Of a stretch of DNA of 64,000 nucleotides, positions 49,980 to 60,528 are shown one piece after another. Origin of the DNA: Phycisphaerae bacterium (GTDB lineage: Bacteria; Planctomycetota; Phycisphaerae; UBA1845); NCBI GenBank assembly GCA_963666835.2, contig CAXXGO010000001.1:1152001-1216000 (forward strand), given 5' to 3'. Each line of letters begins with the position of its first letter. The first letter of the stretch is position 1. The notes under the pieces were generated by a model that did no database searches, was not told where the DNA came from, and saw only the letters and a program-made list of their open reading frames with translations. Position numbers and translations under genes: made by a program.

Positions 49980-51893
49980 ATGGCCGCGATCACGATTCAG
50001 GGAGTTACGAAACAGTTCGGGACCCAGGTGGTTCTTGAGAACGTTACCTTGGAGCTGCATCCGCGCGAGGTGGCGGGGCTCGTCGGGGCGAATGGGGCCG
50101 GCAAGACGACGCTATTCAAGGTGATCGCCGGCGAAGAAGTGCCGGATATGGGCACGGCGACGACCTCGCGCGGGCTCGATGTCGGATACCTCCGCCAAGA
50201 GCCGGAAATCTCGCTGGATCGCACGCTGCGCGAAGAGGTCGGCAGCGTGTTCGCAGAGCTGCTCGCCCTGGAGGAGCGTCTCCACAAGGTGGCGGACGAG
50301 ATGGCCGCCAAGGCCCACGACCCGAACCTCGCCGAGCTGATGGAGACCTACGACCGGATCAACAGCCGGTTCCTGGCCGCGGGTGGGCATACGTTCGAGA
50401 CGAGACTCAACGAGATTCTCGGGGGACTGGGGTTCTCGCAGGCCGACCACGTTTTGCCCATGTCGAGCCTGTCCGGAGGGCAGAAGTGCCGGGCGGCGCT
50501 GGCTAAGCTGCTGTTGGCCGATCGGCGGTATTTGCTGCTGGATGAGCCGACGAACCATCTCGATATCGACGCCGTGCGGTGGCTGGAGAAATTCCTGGCC
50601 GGTCATCATGGCGGAGCGGTAATCATCTCTCACGATCGCTATCTGTTGGATCGGCTCTGCGACCGGGTAATCGAACTGGACCGGCGGCGGGTGTACAGCT
50701 TCCCGGGCAACTATACGAACTATGCCCAGACCCGGGAGATCCGGATACTCACCCAGCAACGTCAATACGAGAAAGACCAGGAGTTCATCGAGAAGGAGCG
50801 GGCCTTCATCGACAAGCATCTGTCGGGGCAACGCACGAAGGAGGCCCAGGGTCGGCGGACGCGTTTGGAGCGGCGATTGAAGGCCGGAGAGTTCGTAACC
50901 GAGGCTCCCCAGGCTCGCCTGACGTCTCGTTTCAAGTTCACGCCCTCGGACCGAGAGATGACGACCGTTCTGCGCTGCGATGAGTTGGGCATGCGCTACG
51001 GCGACAACGTTCTGTTTACCGACTTGAGCTTTCAGGTGCGAACGGGGGACCGGTTCGGCATCACCGGCCCGAACGGTACGGGCAAAACCACTCTTCTGAA
51101 GATCATCCGCGGCGAGGTGAAGGCGGTATCGGGGGAGTTCACGCTCGACCCGAAGTTCCGCGTCGGATACTACGCGCAGGAAGGCGCTCTGGTGGATCCG
51201 AATCGAACGGTGTTGGATGAAGTCCGCGCAGCCCGGGACGGGTTCGGAGAGCAAGCCGCGCGGGACTACATTGCTCGCTTCATGTTCACCGGAGATTCCG
51301 TCTTCAAGCCGCTGGGGCTGCTTTCCGGGGGTGAACAATCGCGGGTGCGGCTGGCCACGTTGATCCTGACCGAGCCGGATCTGCTGATCCTGGACGAGCC
51401 CACGAACCACCTAGATATTCCAACGTGTGAGACTCTTGAGGAATCACTGGCGGCGTATCCCGGCACGATCATCACGGTCAGCCACGATCGTTACTTCCTG
51501 GACCGAATTGTCGGGCGTCTTTTGGTGATTCGACGCGAAGGGCACACGGTGTGCGCGGGCAACTACTCGGATTACATCGCTCAGGTGGAGCAGGACCGGG
51601 CCGCGACCGCCGCGCCGGCTCCCGCTTCGCCGAAGAAGCCCAAAGAAAGTCGGCCGGAACCCACCCGGCCGGCCGTCAATACCTCCAAATACGACCGACT
51701 CTCCGTTGATGAAATCGAGCTGATTGTGATCGACAAGGAGGCGGAGCTGGCCGCTCTACAGGAGCGGTTTGCCGACCCGGCCGTGTTGCGCGACCCGATC
51801 GCCCGCGAGGATCTCGAGGACAAGATCGCCGAGGTCGAGGAGGAACTGGCGATTGTCGACGCCGCCTGGCAAGAACGCGCCGATTCCGAATAA
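49980..51893 (+). CDS. ABC-F family ATP-binding protein (Uup/YheS-like)
   Basis: Two ABC cassettes (GANGAGKT, LSGGQ, LDEPTNHLD; GPNGTGKT, LSGGE), no TM segments, C-terminal coiled coil. Confidence 0.93.
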   Translation: MAAITIQGVTKQFGTQVVLENVTLELHPREVAGLVGANGAGKTTLFKVIAGEEVPDMGTATTSRGLDVGYLRQEPEISLDRTLREEVGSVFAELLALEERLHKVADEMAAKAHDPNLAELMETYDRINSRFLAAGGHTFETRLNEILGGLGFSQADHVLPMSSLSGGQKCRAALAKLLLADRRYLLLDEPTNHLDIDAVRWLEKFLAGHHGGAVIISHDRYLLDRLCDRVIELDRRRVYSFPGNYTNYAQTREIRILTQQRQYEKDQEFIEKERAFIDKHLSGQRTKEAQGRRTRLERRLKAGEFVTEAPQARLTSRFKFTPSDREMTTVLRCDELGMRYGDNVLFTDLSFQVRTGDRFGITGPNGTGKTTLLKIIRGEVKAVSGEFTLDPKFRVGYYAQEGALVDPNRTVLDEVRAARDGFGEQAARDYIARFMFTGDSVFKPLGLLSGGEQSRVRLATLILTEPDLLILDEPTNHLDIPTCETLEESLAAYPGTIITVSHDRYFLDRIVGRLLVIRREGHTVCAGNYSDYIAQVEQDRAATAAPAPASPKKPKESRPEPTRPAVNTSKYDRLSVDEIELIVIDKEAELAALQERFADPAVLRDPIAREDLEDKIAEVEEELAIVDAAWQERADSE

Positions 51894-51908
51894 CTGCACG
51901 TTGAAAGA

Positions 51909-52622
51909 ATGCCTGGGATGACTGACGGTTTGACTATCGACGCGTTCAGGAACATCCGTGACGTGTTCGCGATCACTGGGGACGACATGCGTGTTCACAA
52001 AGGCCGCAGCGTTGTGATGGTGACGGTTGATGGGAAAACCCATTATCTGAAACGGTTCTGGCTCTCGCCCTCGCAACTGTTCAAACGACACGTTGCGCGT
52101 GGTTTCCACGAGATGGGGATGATCGATTGGCTGAACGGCAACGGCTTCGCCGGCCCGCGGATAGTGCGGCGGGGTTGGGCGGGGATCGGCCCACTGCGCC
52201 TGAGACTGTTCTTTCTGATGGAAGAGATGCCCGACGAGATGCCTTTGGAGGCCTGTTGGCGACGGTATCCGCAGGAGCGGGACGGGTTGATGGCGGATCT
52301 CGCCTCGTTTGCTGCTCGACTGCACGATGCGGGGTTCGTACACACCGATTTCTCCGAGCGGCATATTCTGGTGGGCCGCGGTGACCACGGCTGGACGTTC
52401 CGACTTATCGACGTGGAGCGGGCCGACGTGGGCCGCGTGACGGATGCCCGGGTGGCGAACGACCTGGCCACGCTGGCGGCGAGTGTAATGGACGAAGCTC
52501 TGCGCGAGTGCGTGAATGGGGCGTTTCTCGATGCATATATCGCTCGACGTGCGTCGCTGGGCGGCGGGGCTGGGTTTCGGGCGTTGCTTGCCAAGGCGAC
52601 TCCGACGAAATCGTTCTACTGA
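51909..52622 (+). CDS. Lipopolysaccharide kinase, WaaP/Kdo family
   Basis: YLKR, LHDAGFVHTDFSERHILV, LIDVER, DLATL. Confidence 0.8.
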   Translation: MPGMTDGLTIDAFRNIRDVFAITGDDMRVHKGRSVVMVTVDGKTHYLKRFWLSPSQLFKRHVARGFHEMGMIDWLNGNGFAGPRIVRRGWAGIGPLRLRLFFLMEEMPDEMPLEACWRRYPQERDGLMADLASFAARLHDAGFVHTDFSERHILVGRGDHGWTFRLIDVERADVGRVTDARVANDLATLAASVMDEALRECVNGAFLDAYIARRASLGGGAGFRALLAKATPTKSFY

Positions 52623-52652
52623 TTCTCTCGGAAACGCCGACAAGGCGACCCG

Positions 52653-53609
52653 ATGCGCGGAGCAGAGATGCGGGGGCACGAACTGGGGACGGGAATGAGA
52701 GTCCAGACGGAGACTGTCGAGCTTGTTGACGGCTGGTCCGCGTCGGTGGTGACGCGGATCGATGGGACGTTTGCAGATGCCGGAGCACTTGTCCAACTGC
52801 CCTCGGCCGAACAGTGGCGTTCCCTTCTGACCGAGCTTGTTCGTTCGCCGGCGGATCTGCCAGAGTACAGTGTGCTGAAGTACTCGGAAGGGGCGGAGGT
52901 GTTTCGGGCTCGGCTGAAATGGGCCGAAGGCGCTATTGAGGTTGTGTGCAAACACACGGACATAGATGGGGGGCTGCGCGGGCTGCTCGGCAGATGGCGG
53001 GTGCCGCGAGAGAAGCGGGATTTCGACCGCGGTCTGGAATTGATGAATGCGGGGATTGGGACGGCACAACCGCTGGCGTTATTGGAGAGCGGCGGCAGGA
53101 GGCGCGAGACGCGGGTGGTGACGGCGTTCCTGGCGGACGCCGTCGACCTCGATCAGGTTGCCCTGACTTTGATGTCCCGGCTGGAGCCAGGGCGTCGGCG
53201 GGCGGTGAAAGACGAACTCATTGCACGGGTTGCGGACTTGTTTGCGCGCCTTTGGGCTCGCGGGTATTACCATCGCGACCTGAAGGCCTCGAACATCCTC
53301 GTGACGGATTGGGACGAATCGCCGCGTGTGTGGGTCGTTGATTTAGAGGGGCTACGGCACCGAAGGGTGCCGGATCGCCGGCAACAACGGCAGCCGTTGG
53401 TCCGGCTGGCCGCGAGCCTGCAAGGCTACGCCGCCGTAACGCGGACGGATCGAGCCCGATTCCTGCGGGCGTACCTGGACCTCGCTCAGAACGCCGGAGT
53501 GATGTGGAAGGAACAGTATCGCGAGCTTGGAAGACAGGCCACTGACTACGTCCGCCGAGCTCGCGGCAGAAAAACTCACAAGCTGGATGGGTTTGCCGAC
53601 GGAGCGTAG
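52653..53609 (+). CDS. Lipopolysaccharide kinase, InaA/Kdo family (start uncertain)
   Basis: GIGTAQPLA, GYYHRDLKASNILV, VVDLEG, TRTDRARFLRAY. Confidence 0.82.
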   Translation: MRGAEMRGHELGTGMRVQTETVELVDGWSASVVTRIDGTFADAGALVQLPSAEQWRSLLTELVRSPADLPEYSVLKYSEGAEVFRARLKWAEGAIEVVCKHTDIDGGLRGLLGRWRVPREKRDFDRGLELMNAGIGTAQPLALLESGGRRRETRVVTAFLADAVDLDQVALTLMSRLEPGRRRAVKDELIARVADLFARLWARGYYHRDLKASNILVTDWDESPRVWVVDLEGLRHRRVPDRRQQRQPLVRLAASLQGYAAVTRTDRARFLRAYLDLAQNAGVMWKEQYRELGRQATDYVRRARGRKTHKLDGFADGA

Positions 53610-53990
53610 ATGGGAGAGCTGTGTCGGATGACCACGATCCTCCCTGCCTTGCCCTCGTTGTTCTACACCTCATTCGATGCATCCACCAACTGCGGCCGTT
53701 GGGCTTGCGATCTGGTTCTCCCAGCCCGAAGGGCTTGGATGAAGTAGCCGTGGGCAAGCGCAGCGCCGCCCACGGACCGCGGTTTGCTACATTCCATTCG
53801 ACCGCGAAACGTGTCGCACCGGATGCTGGGTGCCATGGTCCACGCTTGCGTGGCCATGAATGTCGCGGGTGGCCCATGGCTTTAGCCGTGGGGGACGCCA
53901 TCACGTAGCGTAGGCATCCTGTAGCATGTCGCGCAACGCGCCGAACGACGCCGTTCCCCGGGCATGGCTTTGGACAATGCGCGCCGTGGC

Positions 53991-54102
53991 GGCAGGTCTC
54001 GTTCCTCGACCGTGCCCTACGCAAGAACCGCGGCAGGTCTCGTTCCTCGACCGTGCCCTACGCGAGAACCGCGGTAGGTCTCGTTCCTCGACCGTGCCCT
54101 AC
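53991..54102 (-). repeat. Three tandem GTAG-type REPs, 41-bp period
   Basis: GG(C/T)AGGTCTCGTTCCTCGACCGTGCCCTAC at 53991, 54032 and 54073. Confidence 0.9.
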
Positions 54103-54278
54103 CTGACTCGAACGCTGACACCCTCGCGTCACTATCGAGAACTCACGCGGATCATCGGCTCCCCCACGTCCGGACAATACAGCATCGCGCGATTCTCGGC
54201 GGATTGTAAGATACGCACGAATCAAGAGGACGTGGTCCACCCGCCGGGGTCCGTTCCACCTTGCCAGCGGTGGCTGCG

Positions 54279-56399
54279 TTAACCGGATGGTGAGTTCGGC
54301 GTCGAGTTGCCCGCCGCGGCTGCGGTGCTGGTGACGGCATTGCCGGGCGTCAGGACGCGGTAGATTCGGGTGGCGGCGGTGGTCGAGAGTGCCCGGTCTT
54401 CGGTGTCGTCGAAGATGCGCTCGACGGGAAGATCGGCGGGCCAATCCGTTGGCCAGGGAGCCCGGACGTACACGTACTCGATCTCGTTATCCCACAGTGC
54501 TTGAGCGGAGATGGTTTTGCCGTTCAAGAGCACTGCCCATTCCGGGCCGGAGACCACATCGTTCGATAGATTCCGTCCGAAAAGCGGGTAGGTCATCGGG
54601 GGCTGACCGAGATTCAGCACGCGTGTTCCCGGGGGGAGATTGTCTATTAGCGAAGGGGTCTGATAGAAGGCCGCGCGGTCCCACGCGCCGTCCTTGAGTC
54701 GCCCGAGGAAAGAACGCAGCGGAGTCAGCGAAGCGATTGAGGCCGTAGCCAGAAGCGATGCGGTAAGGAGTGTGACCGTGGTTCGCGGATGGTGCCTCAT
54801 AAGCCCGTCCGCCAGGACTGCCGCGAGCGGCACGGCCACGAGGATCTGCGGAAGAACGTAACGCGGGACCTCGTGGAACACGGTTAACAGCAGAACGACT
54901 CCGGACAGGGCGAGGAGGAGATACGTAAGCCGCCATCGATCTTCCGGGCGGCGCACTTTCGTCCTGAGCACTGCTACAATGGCGGCGAGAATACCGACAG
55001 GAACAAATGTGGCATATGCCGCTCCGAGGGCGTTGTTGGTGCTGTAGGTCTCGCCGGTTCCGGAGCTCTTCACTTCCGTCCAGGGGTAGTTCCACCAGCG
55101 TCGGATTTTGGTGCTCATCGAGCGGGGGGGGAAGTAGTCGGCTCCGGTGAAGCCGGGGAGCACTTCGTGCCCGGCGACTTTCACGCCGAGCGGGTAGATC
55201 GGGTTGTTGGCCTGAACGGTCCCGCGGACGAACCAGAAGCCTGAACAGGCCAGGCTCGCCAAGCCGAACAGGATGACGTTGCGCAGTGCGATGCCCAGCC
55301 GGGGGCGTGCGGTTAGCGGGCGGATCCACTCCAGGGCGATGACGACCAGGCCGAGCAGAGGCACGAGGACTAAGAACACCGTTTTGCACCCCAGGGCCAC
55401 GCCGGCCGACAGGCCGGCAAGCAGCACAAGCCCGCGGGGTCCGTTCGTCTGCTGTGGAAGAGACGTTTCACCGTCCGGAGTCTGGTCCTCGGGTCCACAC
55501 GCGAGGTTGCGGTCGGGGCTACCCACCCTTTCTGACGCGATTCCCGGTGTCCGGGACGCCCAAGTTAGCGCCAGCAAGGCCAACAGCCAGGACACGGCCG
55601 CGTAGAGATCGATATAGCCGGAGAAGCTCTGGAAGGTGACGATGGGAATGCTTAATGCGAGGCAGCCGGCCATCAGGGCGGCGGGGCGGCTCACGCCGAG
55701 CGCGTGTGCCAGGGCATAGATTGTAGCTGACATTATTATGGCATTAGGAACGTTGAAGATGGCGATAAGTCGTTCGAGCCCGGCGAACGCGAGCAGAAGT
55801 GGAGCCAGCATGGCGTTTTCAGGCTCCGCGCGATGCAGGTAACCGTGGATCAGGTCGATCGATTGGGTTTGCATCGCCTCTACGGCCATCGGGAGATGAT
55901 AGTGCCGGCCATCGTATCCGGTCGGGTATCCGGTAAGGGCGTCCAACAGGAACAAGGCGTACATGCCGATGACGATGAACATCGGTACCCAGATAAGCTT
56001 GGTTTCATCGCCGTTTCCGAGAAGGTAGTCGCGTCTATTCTTCCCCTCCTTACCGAGGTGAGGCTGGGCGAGATCCCTCCCCGGGGGAACGGCCCCCCCT
56101 CGATCCCCCCTTGGCAAGGGGTGAAGGTCCTGAACGAAGCGACCGGCTGCGAGAGTCAGCAGGACGAAGATCGCCGCTACGGCTTCGGGCGTGACGAAAC
56201 CGCGATCTAGAAAGAGCGAGACGAGCGCGGGAGTTTGTACGGAGATTATCAACCCGGCAGTTGCGGGGATTGTGCCGAGAGCTGCTGCCGCGGCGCGCTC
56301 TCGAACGCCCCAGGCGCATACGCACCGATACCCGATCCGCCAGGCGCCGAGCCAGGTGACTGCGATAACCGTCAGGGATGCCAGATGGAGCCAGAACAC
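54279..56399 (-). CDS. Polytopic membrane protein, possible GT-C glycosyltransferase
   Basis: More than 10 hydrophobic segments; YDGRHYHLP, YIDL, ALGCK, WFVRG...NPIYP and PRY motifs. Confidence 0.7.
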   Translation of the reverse strand: MFWLHLASLTVIAVTWLGAWRIGYRCVCAWGVRERAAAAALGTIPATAGLIISVQTPALVSLFLDRGFVTPEAVAAIFVLLTLAAGRFVQDLHPLPRGDRGGAVPPGRDLAQPHLGKEGKNRRDYLLGNGDETKLIWVPMFIVIGMYALFLLDALTGYPTGYDGRHYHLPMAVEAMQTQSIDLIHGYLHRAEPENAMLAPLLLAFAGLERLIAIFNVPNAIIMSATIYALAHALGVSRPAALMAGCLALSIPIVTFQSFSGYIDLYAAVSWLLALLALTWASRTPGIASERVGSPDRNLACGPEDQTPDGETSLPQQTNGPRGLVLLAGLSAGVALGCKTVFLVLVPLLGLVVIALEWIRPLTARPRLGIALRNVILFGLASLACSGFWFVRGTVQANNPIYPLGVKVAGHEVLPGFTGADYFPPRSMSTKIRRWWNYPWTEVKSSGTGETYSTNNALGAAYATFVPVGILAAIVAVLRTKVRRPEDRWRLTYLLLALSGVVLLLTVFHEVPRYVLPQILVAVPLAAVLADGLMRHHPRTTVTLLTASLLATASIASLTPLRSFLGRLKDGAWDRAAFYQTPSLIDNLPPGTRVLNLGQPPMTYPLFGRNLSNDVVSGPEWAVLLNGKTISAQALWDNEIEYVYVRAPWPTDWPADLPVERIFDDTEDRALSTTAATRIYRVLTPGNAVTSTAAAAGNSTPNSPSG

Positions 56400-56536
56400 G
56401 TCGAAATCTCAGAGTTTTCCGATCAGGCGGACTACTTCCCGAGCGAATCCGTATACTGCCTGAGAGAACAGCAGATACGCCAGAAGGCTGGCAGTACATA
56501 GGCTAAGCCACAGACGGTCGGACGGGAGATCACATC

Positions 56537-57316
56537 TCATTGATTAATCATCCGTTCTGCGGTACAGGATGCTTGGACGAAGACGGCAGGACGTTGCGCG
56601 GAGATCAGCAAGGAGCCTGCAATTTCGCGAACCAGCGGCATCTGCTCCAGCACGCTACCCACGCCTTTGACAAACGACACCAGCGGTCCGGGCACGGCCG
56701 GGTGGACGAAGTCATGCGGAGTCACGCTCACGTTATCGAATCCGGCCTGTTCCAGTTGGGCTGCCAGGGGTCGACGGAAGAACGCGGTCTCTTCGGGGCT
56801 AACTCCCATTCTCCGGCGGATGGCCGGAGTGCTTCGCTCGAAGATGACGTGCGGGTTCATCATGTTCGGTTCGGCGAAGGCCAAATGCCCCTGCGGTCTG
56901 AGAACGCGATGGATCTCCGAGAGCGCCACGTCGACATCGAGATGGTGGAGAATGCTAGACCCCACGACGGCGTCGAACTCCTCGTTGTCGAAGGACATCT
57001 GCTCGGCATCCTCGACGCGGAAGGTGATATCTCCGGTGAGAGCCTTGGCTAAAGCCAGATCCAGTAGCACGGCCGACAGATCAACCGCCACGATCTGAGC
57101 GCCGGTTCGGGCGAATGCGGCCGTGAAGATCCCGGTTCCGCACCCCAGCTCCAGAACGCGCGTGTTCGGTCCAATGTGACCGGCTTCGATGAGTAACCGT
57201 GCGCGGCGGGTGGCGCGCTGCTGGCCGGCCGGCGTGCTCCAGTGCCAGGTTTGCTCACCGCGTTCGGCGATGACCTCTGCGTGTTGGATTTCGCCCGGTT
57301 GGGCCATGCTCTTCAC
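56537..57316 (-). CDS. Class I SAM-dependent methyltransferase
   Basis: VLELGCGTG, AVDLS, EDAE, FDAV, LHHL, RVLRPQG. Confidence 0.92.
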   Translation of the reverse strand: MKSMAQPGEIQHAEVIAERGEQTWHWSTPAGQQRATRRARLLIEAGHIGPNTRVLELGCGTGIFTAAFARTGAQIVAVDLSAVLLDLALAKALTGDITFRVEDAEQMSFDNEEFDAVVGSSILHHLDVDVALSEIHRVLRPQGHLAFAEPNMMNPHVIFERSTPAIRRRMGVSPEETAFFRRPLAAQLEQAGFDNVSVTPHDFVHPAVPGPLVSFVKGVGSVLEQMPLVREIAGSLLISAQRPAVFVQASCTAERMINQ

Positions 57317-57888
57317 CTTTGTCGCAATGTACTGCTATTCGGACGCCGTTCTCCGCGGGGACCGGCGTCTCGCACGCGACGTCATTCGTCGTCATACGCA
57401 CTTCCGGCCGCGCGACGCGGCGCGCACAGTCTCCGAGGTTGTTATCGGTCGATGGGGGTCGCAACCGGAGCACAAAGGGTGGGTAATCCCGCTAACAGGA
57501 TACTCCCCACGATGCGGGACCCCGGTATACGCGGGCAGACCTGGTTCGGATTTCACAACCAACGGACAGGCTTGGCGGTTGCAGGGCCTCGGCTGACCGG
57601 CATGACAGCGTCGGCGCCGCATCCCTGATGGTAGTGGCGCACGTGAGTCTCCATCTACCTTTCCGGCCGCGGCATTAGTTGCGTAGAACTTCCTCCTTCC
57701 AGCGCTTACGGCGTAACGGCTGTTGATGCCAGGGACTCGTTCAAGTCCGCCACGGGATTGGAGTTGTCGGTCGACTCAAGGTCGGGTTTCTCCTTGGCAG
57801 TCCGCCGAAAAAGGCACAGACACCTCGCCCAAGACGACTGTTGATACCGTAATCAGGGATCTGCTCGGGGCCAATCCCCTTTCTCACA

Positions 57889-59553
57889 TTACCTGCCAGC
57901 GATTATCGCCTCGATATCTTCTTGGACCGTGCCAATGGGTCTCAGGTTGAACTTCTCCACCAGGGCACCGGCCACCGTCGGGGAAAGGAAACCCGGAAGG
58001 GTGGGACCGAGCCGAATACTCTTGACTCCGAGGTGAAGGAGCGCCAACAGGACCGCGACCGCCTTCTGTTCATACCAGGCGATATCATACGAGATCGGCA
58101 ACTCGTTGATATCTTCCAGGCCGAGAATCTCCTTCAGTTTCAGCGCGATCACCGCCAGTGAATAGGAATCGTTGCACTGGCCCGCGTCCAGCACGCGAGG
58201 TATGCCGCTGATGTCACCGAGGTCGAGTTTGTTGTAGCGGTATTTGGCGCACCCGGCCGTGAGGATGACCGTGTCTTTGGGGAGGTTCCGAGCCACGTCC
58301 GTGAAGTAGTCCCTGGTCTTGTGGCGTCCGTCGCACCCTGCCATAACGACAAACCGTTTGATCGCTCCAGATTCGACCGCCGCAACGACCTTGTCGGCCA
58401 GGGCGAGGACCTGATGGTGGGCGAATCCGCCGACGATCTTGCCGGTTTCGATTTCAGTTGGCGGCACGCATTTCTTGGCCAGCTCGATCAGTCCGGTGAA
58501 GTCTTTGGCTCCATTGTCGGGCCGGTCGGGAATGTGCTTGGCGCCGGCATAACCGGCCGGGCCGGTTGTGAAGAGCCGGTCCAGATAGGTGTTGCTTTTC
58601 TTCAACGGGACCAGGCAGTTCGTAGTCAGAAGAACCGGACCGTTGAAGGACTCGAACTCCGTGTTTTGTTGCCACCAGGATCCGCCATAGTTGCCGACAA
58701 GATGGTCGTACTTCTTGAAGGCCGGATAGAAGTGGGCCGGGAGCATCTCGCCGTGCGTGTACACATCCACGCCGGTACCTTGGGTTTGCTTGAGCAGCTC
58801 TTCCATGTCCTTTAGATCATGGCCGCTGATCAGTATGCCTGGATTCGCGCGGACTCCGATATTGACTTCAGTCATTTCGGGATGACCGTACGCCGAGGTG
58901 TGGGCCTCGTCCAGCAGGGCCATGGTCGTGACTGCGGTTTCACCGGCTTTCATGACCAGACCGATCATCTCGTCCACTGACAGTTCCTTCGTCGTTGATG
59001 CCAGAGCCTCCATCATGAAATCGTAGATTTCCTCTTTCTCCGCACCCAGGACTGCGGCGTGGTCCGCATAGGCGGCGACTCCCTTCAGCCCGATGATCAG
59101 CAGCTCTCGCAGGGAGCGGACATCTTCGTTATCAGTGGCGAGGATACCGACGGACTTGGCCTTATCCGCGAACACGGCGTCGTTGTCGGGAGACCAAGTA
59201 GCGGCATCCGGCAATGGTGCGGAGAACTCCCGGCCGTTCTTCTCTTTGTAGGCCGCCACGAACCGGTCCCGCAGCTCGTCTCGGTGTTTCAGCGCGTTTC
59301 TGATCAGGGTGGCGAAGCGGTTGTCATCCCAGTTGGCGTTTGTAATCGTCGCAAACAAGCCCTGGCCGACGAGTTGACCGGTCTTTCTGTCGGTCCACCC
59401 GAGATGCTTGAGGTGCTCGGCATAGACTGCGGTACCTTTCAGCACATGGATCAGAAGGTCTTGGAGATTAGCGGTTTCTTCTGGCTTGCCGCACACGCCC
59501 TTGGCGGTGCATCCGGTATTCTTGGCGGTCTCTTGGCATTGGTAACAGAACAT
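57889..59553 (-). CDS. hcp: Hybrid cluster protein (hydroxylamine reductase)
   Basis: MFCYQCQET...GCT...[45 protein letters not shown]. Confidence 0.98.
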   Translation of the reverse strand: MFCYQCQETAKNTGCTAKGVCGKPEETANLQDLLIHVLKGTAVYAEHLKHLGWTDRKTGQLVGQGLFATITNANWDDNRFATLIRNALKHRDELRDRFVAAYKEKNGREFSAPLPDAATWSPDNDAVFADKAKSVGILATDNEDVRSLRELLIIGLKGVAAYADHAAVLGAEKEEIYDFMMEALASTTKELSVDEMIGLVMKAGETAVTTMALLDEAHTSAYGHPEMTEVNIGVRANPGILISGHDLKDMEELLKQTQGTGVDVYTHGEMLPAHFYPAFKKYDHLVGNYGGSWWQQNTEFESFNGPVLLTTNCLVPLKKSNTYLDRLFTTGPAGYAGAKHIPDRPDNGAKDFTGLIELAKKCVPPTEIETGKIVGGFAHHQVLALADKVVAAVESGAIKRFVVMAGCDGRHKTRDYFTDVARNLPKDTVILTAGCAKYRYNKLDLGDISGIPRVLDAGQCNDSYSLAVIALKLKEILGLEDINELPISYDIAWYEQKAVAVLLALLHLGVKSIRLGPTLPGFLSPTVAGALVEKFNLRPIGTVQEDIEAIIAGR

Positions 59554-59556
59554 GCG

Positions 59557-60387
59557 TTAACTCCTTGTGTTTAGGCAACAGGTCGCATGACCGTTGCTTG
59601 AAGCCTTCGATTCGACGGGAATCCAGCGCGTCTCCAGTATTTCACCACGAACGCTTATCAGTACGTCGTGGACCGGCACATCGGATTCGGCGAGTTGACG
59701 CGCCTGAAGCACCATCTGGAGAATCCCGCCGCAGCAGGGAACTTCCATGCGTGCCACGGTTATCTCAGCGAAATCGTTGTGTTGGATCATCTCGGTCAAC
59801 TTCTCGACGTATCCGGTCAAATCGTCGAGTTTGGGGCACGCTACGGCTACCGCATGGTCGCGCAACAGTTCGGTGTGGAAGCCGGCGTAGGCTACCGGCA
59901 CGCAATCTGCAGCGAGGAGCAGACGTGCTCCACGCAAGACGGGCGCGGTTGCGGGTAGAAGCCGGAGCTGGACCGGCCAATGAATGAGGGCGGAGTCCGC
60001 CACCACGGTGCCCGAGTCGTGACCGGAATCAGCACAGAGGCCGGCGACGCCCGGTGGAGGATCGAATTGGGCGAACCGGCTCGACGGACATGCTGGGGGA
60101 GCCACCGGTTGTGGGGGGCTCGGTTCAGAGTGATTGCTGACGTGGAGGGCGGCCTCTTGTTGTCGCCGCACGGTCGCCTCGTCGAAGCTCTGCGCCTCGC
60201 GGCGTTCGATCTTGATTGCTCCTTGGGGGCAGTGTCCCAGGCACGCCCCGAGGCCGTCGCAGAGTTTGTCGGAGATGAGCTTGGCTTTACCGTTGACGAT
60301 CCTGATCGCCCCTTCGGCACAGGCCGGAACGCATTCCCCACAGCCGTTGCAGAGATCTTCGTCTATCGAGACAATCTCGCGGTACAT
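59557..60387 (-). CDS. 4Fe-4S dicluster protein of the type found next to hcp
   Basis: CNGCGECVPAC, CDGLGACLGHCP, WPVQL, AADC, ACPKLD, MEVPCC. Confidence 0.9.
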   Translation of the reverse strand: MYREIVSIDEDLCNGCGECVPACAEGAIRIVNGKAKLISDKLCDGLGACLGHCPQGAIKIERREAQSFDEATVRRQQEAALHVSNHSEPSPPQPVAPPACPSSRFAQFDPPPGVAGLCADSGHDSGTVVADSALIHWPVQLRLLPATAPVLRGARLLLAADCVPVAYAGFHTELLRDHAVAVACPKLDDLTGYVEKLTEMIQHNDFAEITVARMEVPCCGGILQMVLQARQLAESDVPVHDVLISVRGEILETRWIPVESKASSNGHATCCLNTRS

Positions 60388-60478
60388 TCCCGATGCCCTC
60401 CCCGCTTCACGTTAGGAACTTGCTTGCGCGGCGCACAAGCGGCATACTGGATAATCGAATATCCCGGCTCTTGACGCC

Positions 60479-60492
60479 TTGAGGTGGATCAA
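60479..60492. promoter_or_regulatory. Putative Fnr/Dnr-type operator
   Basis: TTGAG-GTGG-ATCAA, one mismatch to TTGAT-N4-ATCAA, between the divergent hcp operon and the regulator. Confidence 0.65.
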
Positions 60493-60528
60493 GCCACGAG
60501 CCGATTTTTGTTTTCTTGAGAGGCCGAT

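Noticed and set aside
53991..54102. Possible mini-CRISPR array
   Set aside because: Spacers are only 11 bp and near-identical, the repeat is dispersed elsewhere, it has a GTAG REP structure, and there are no cas genes.
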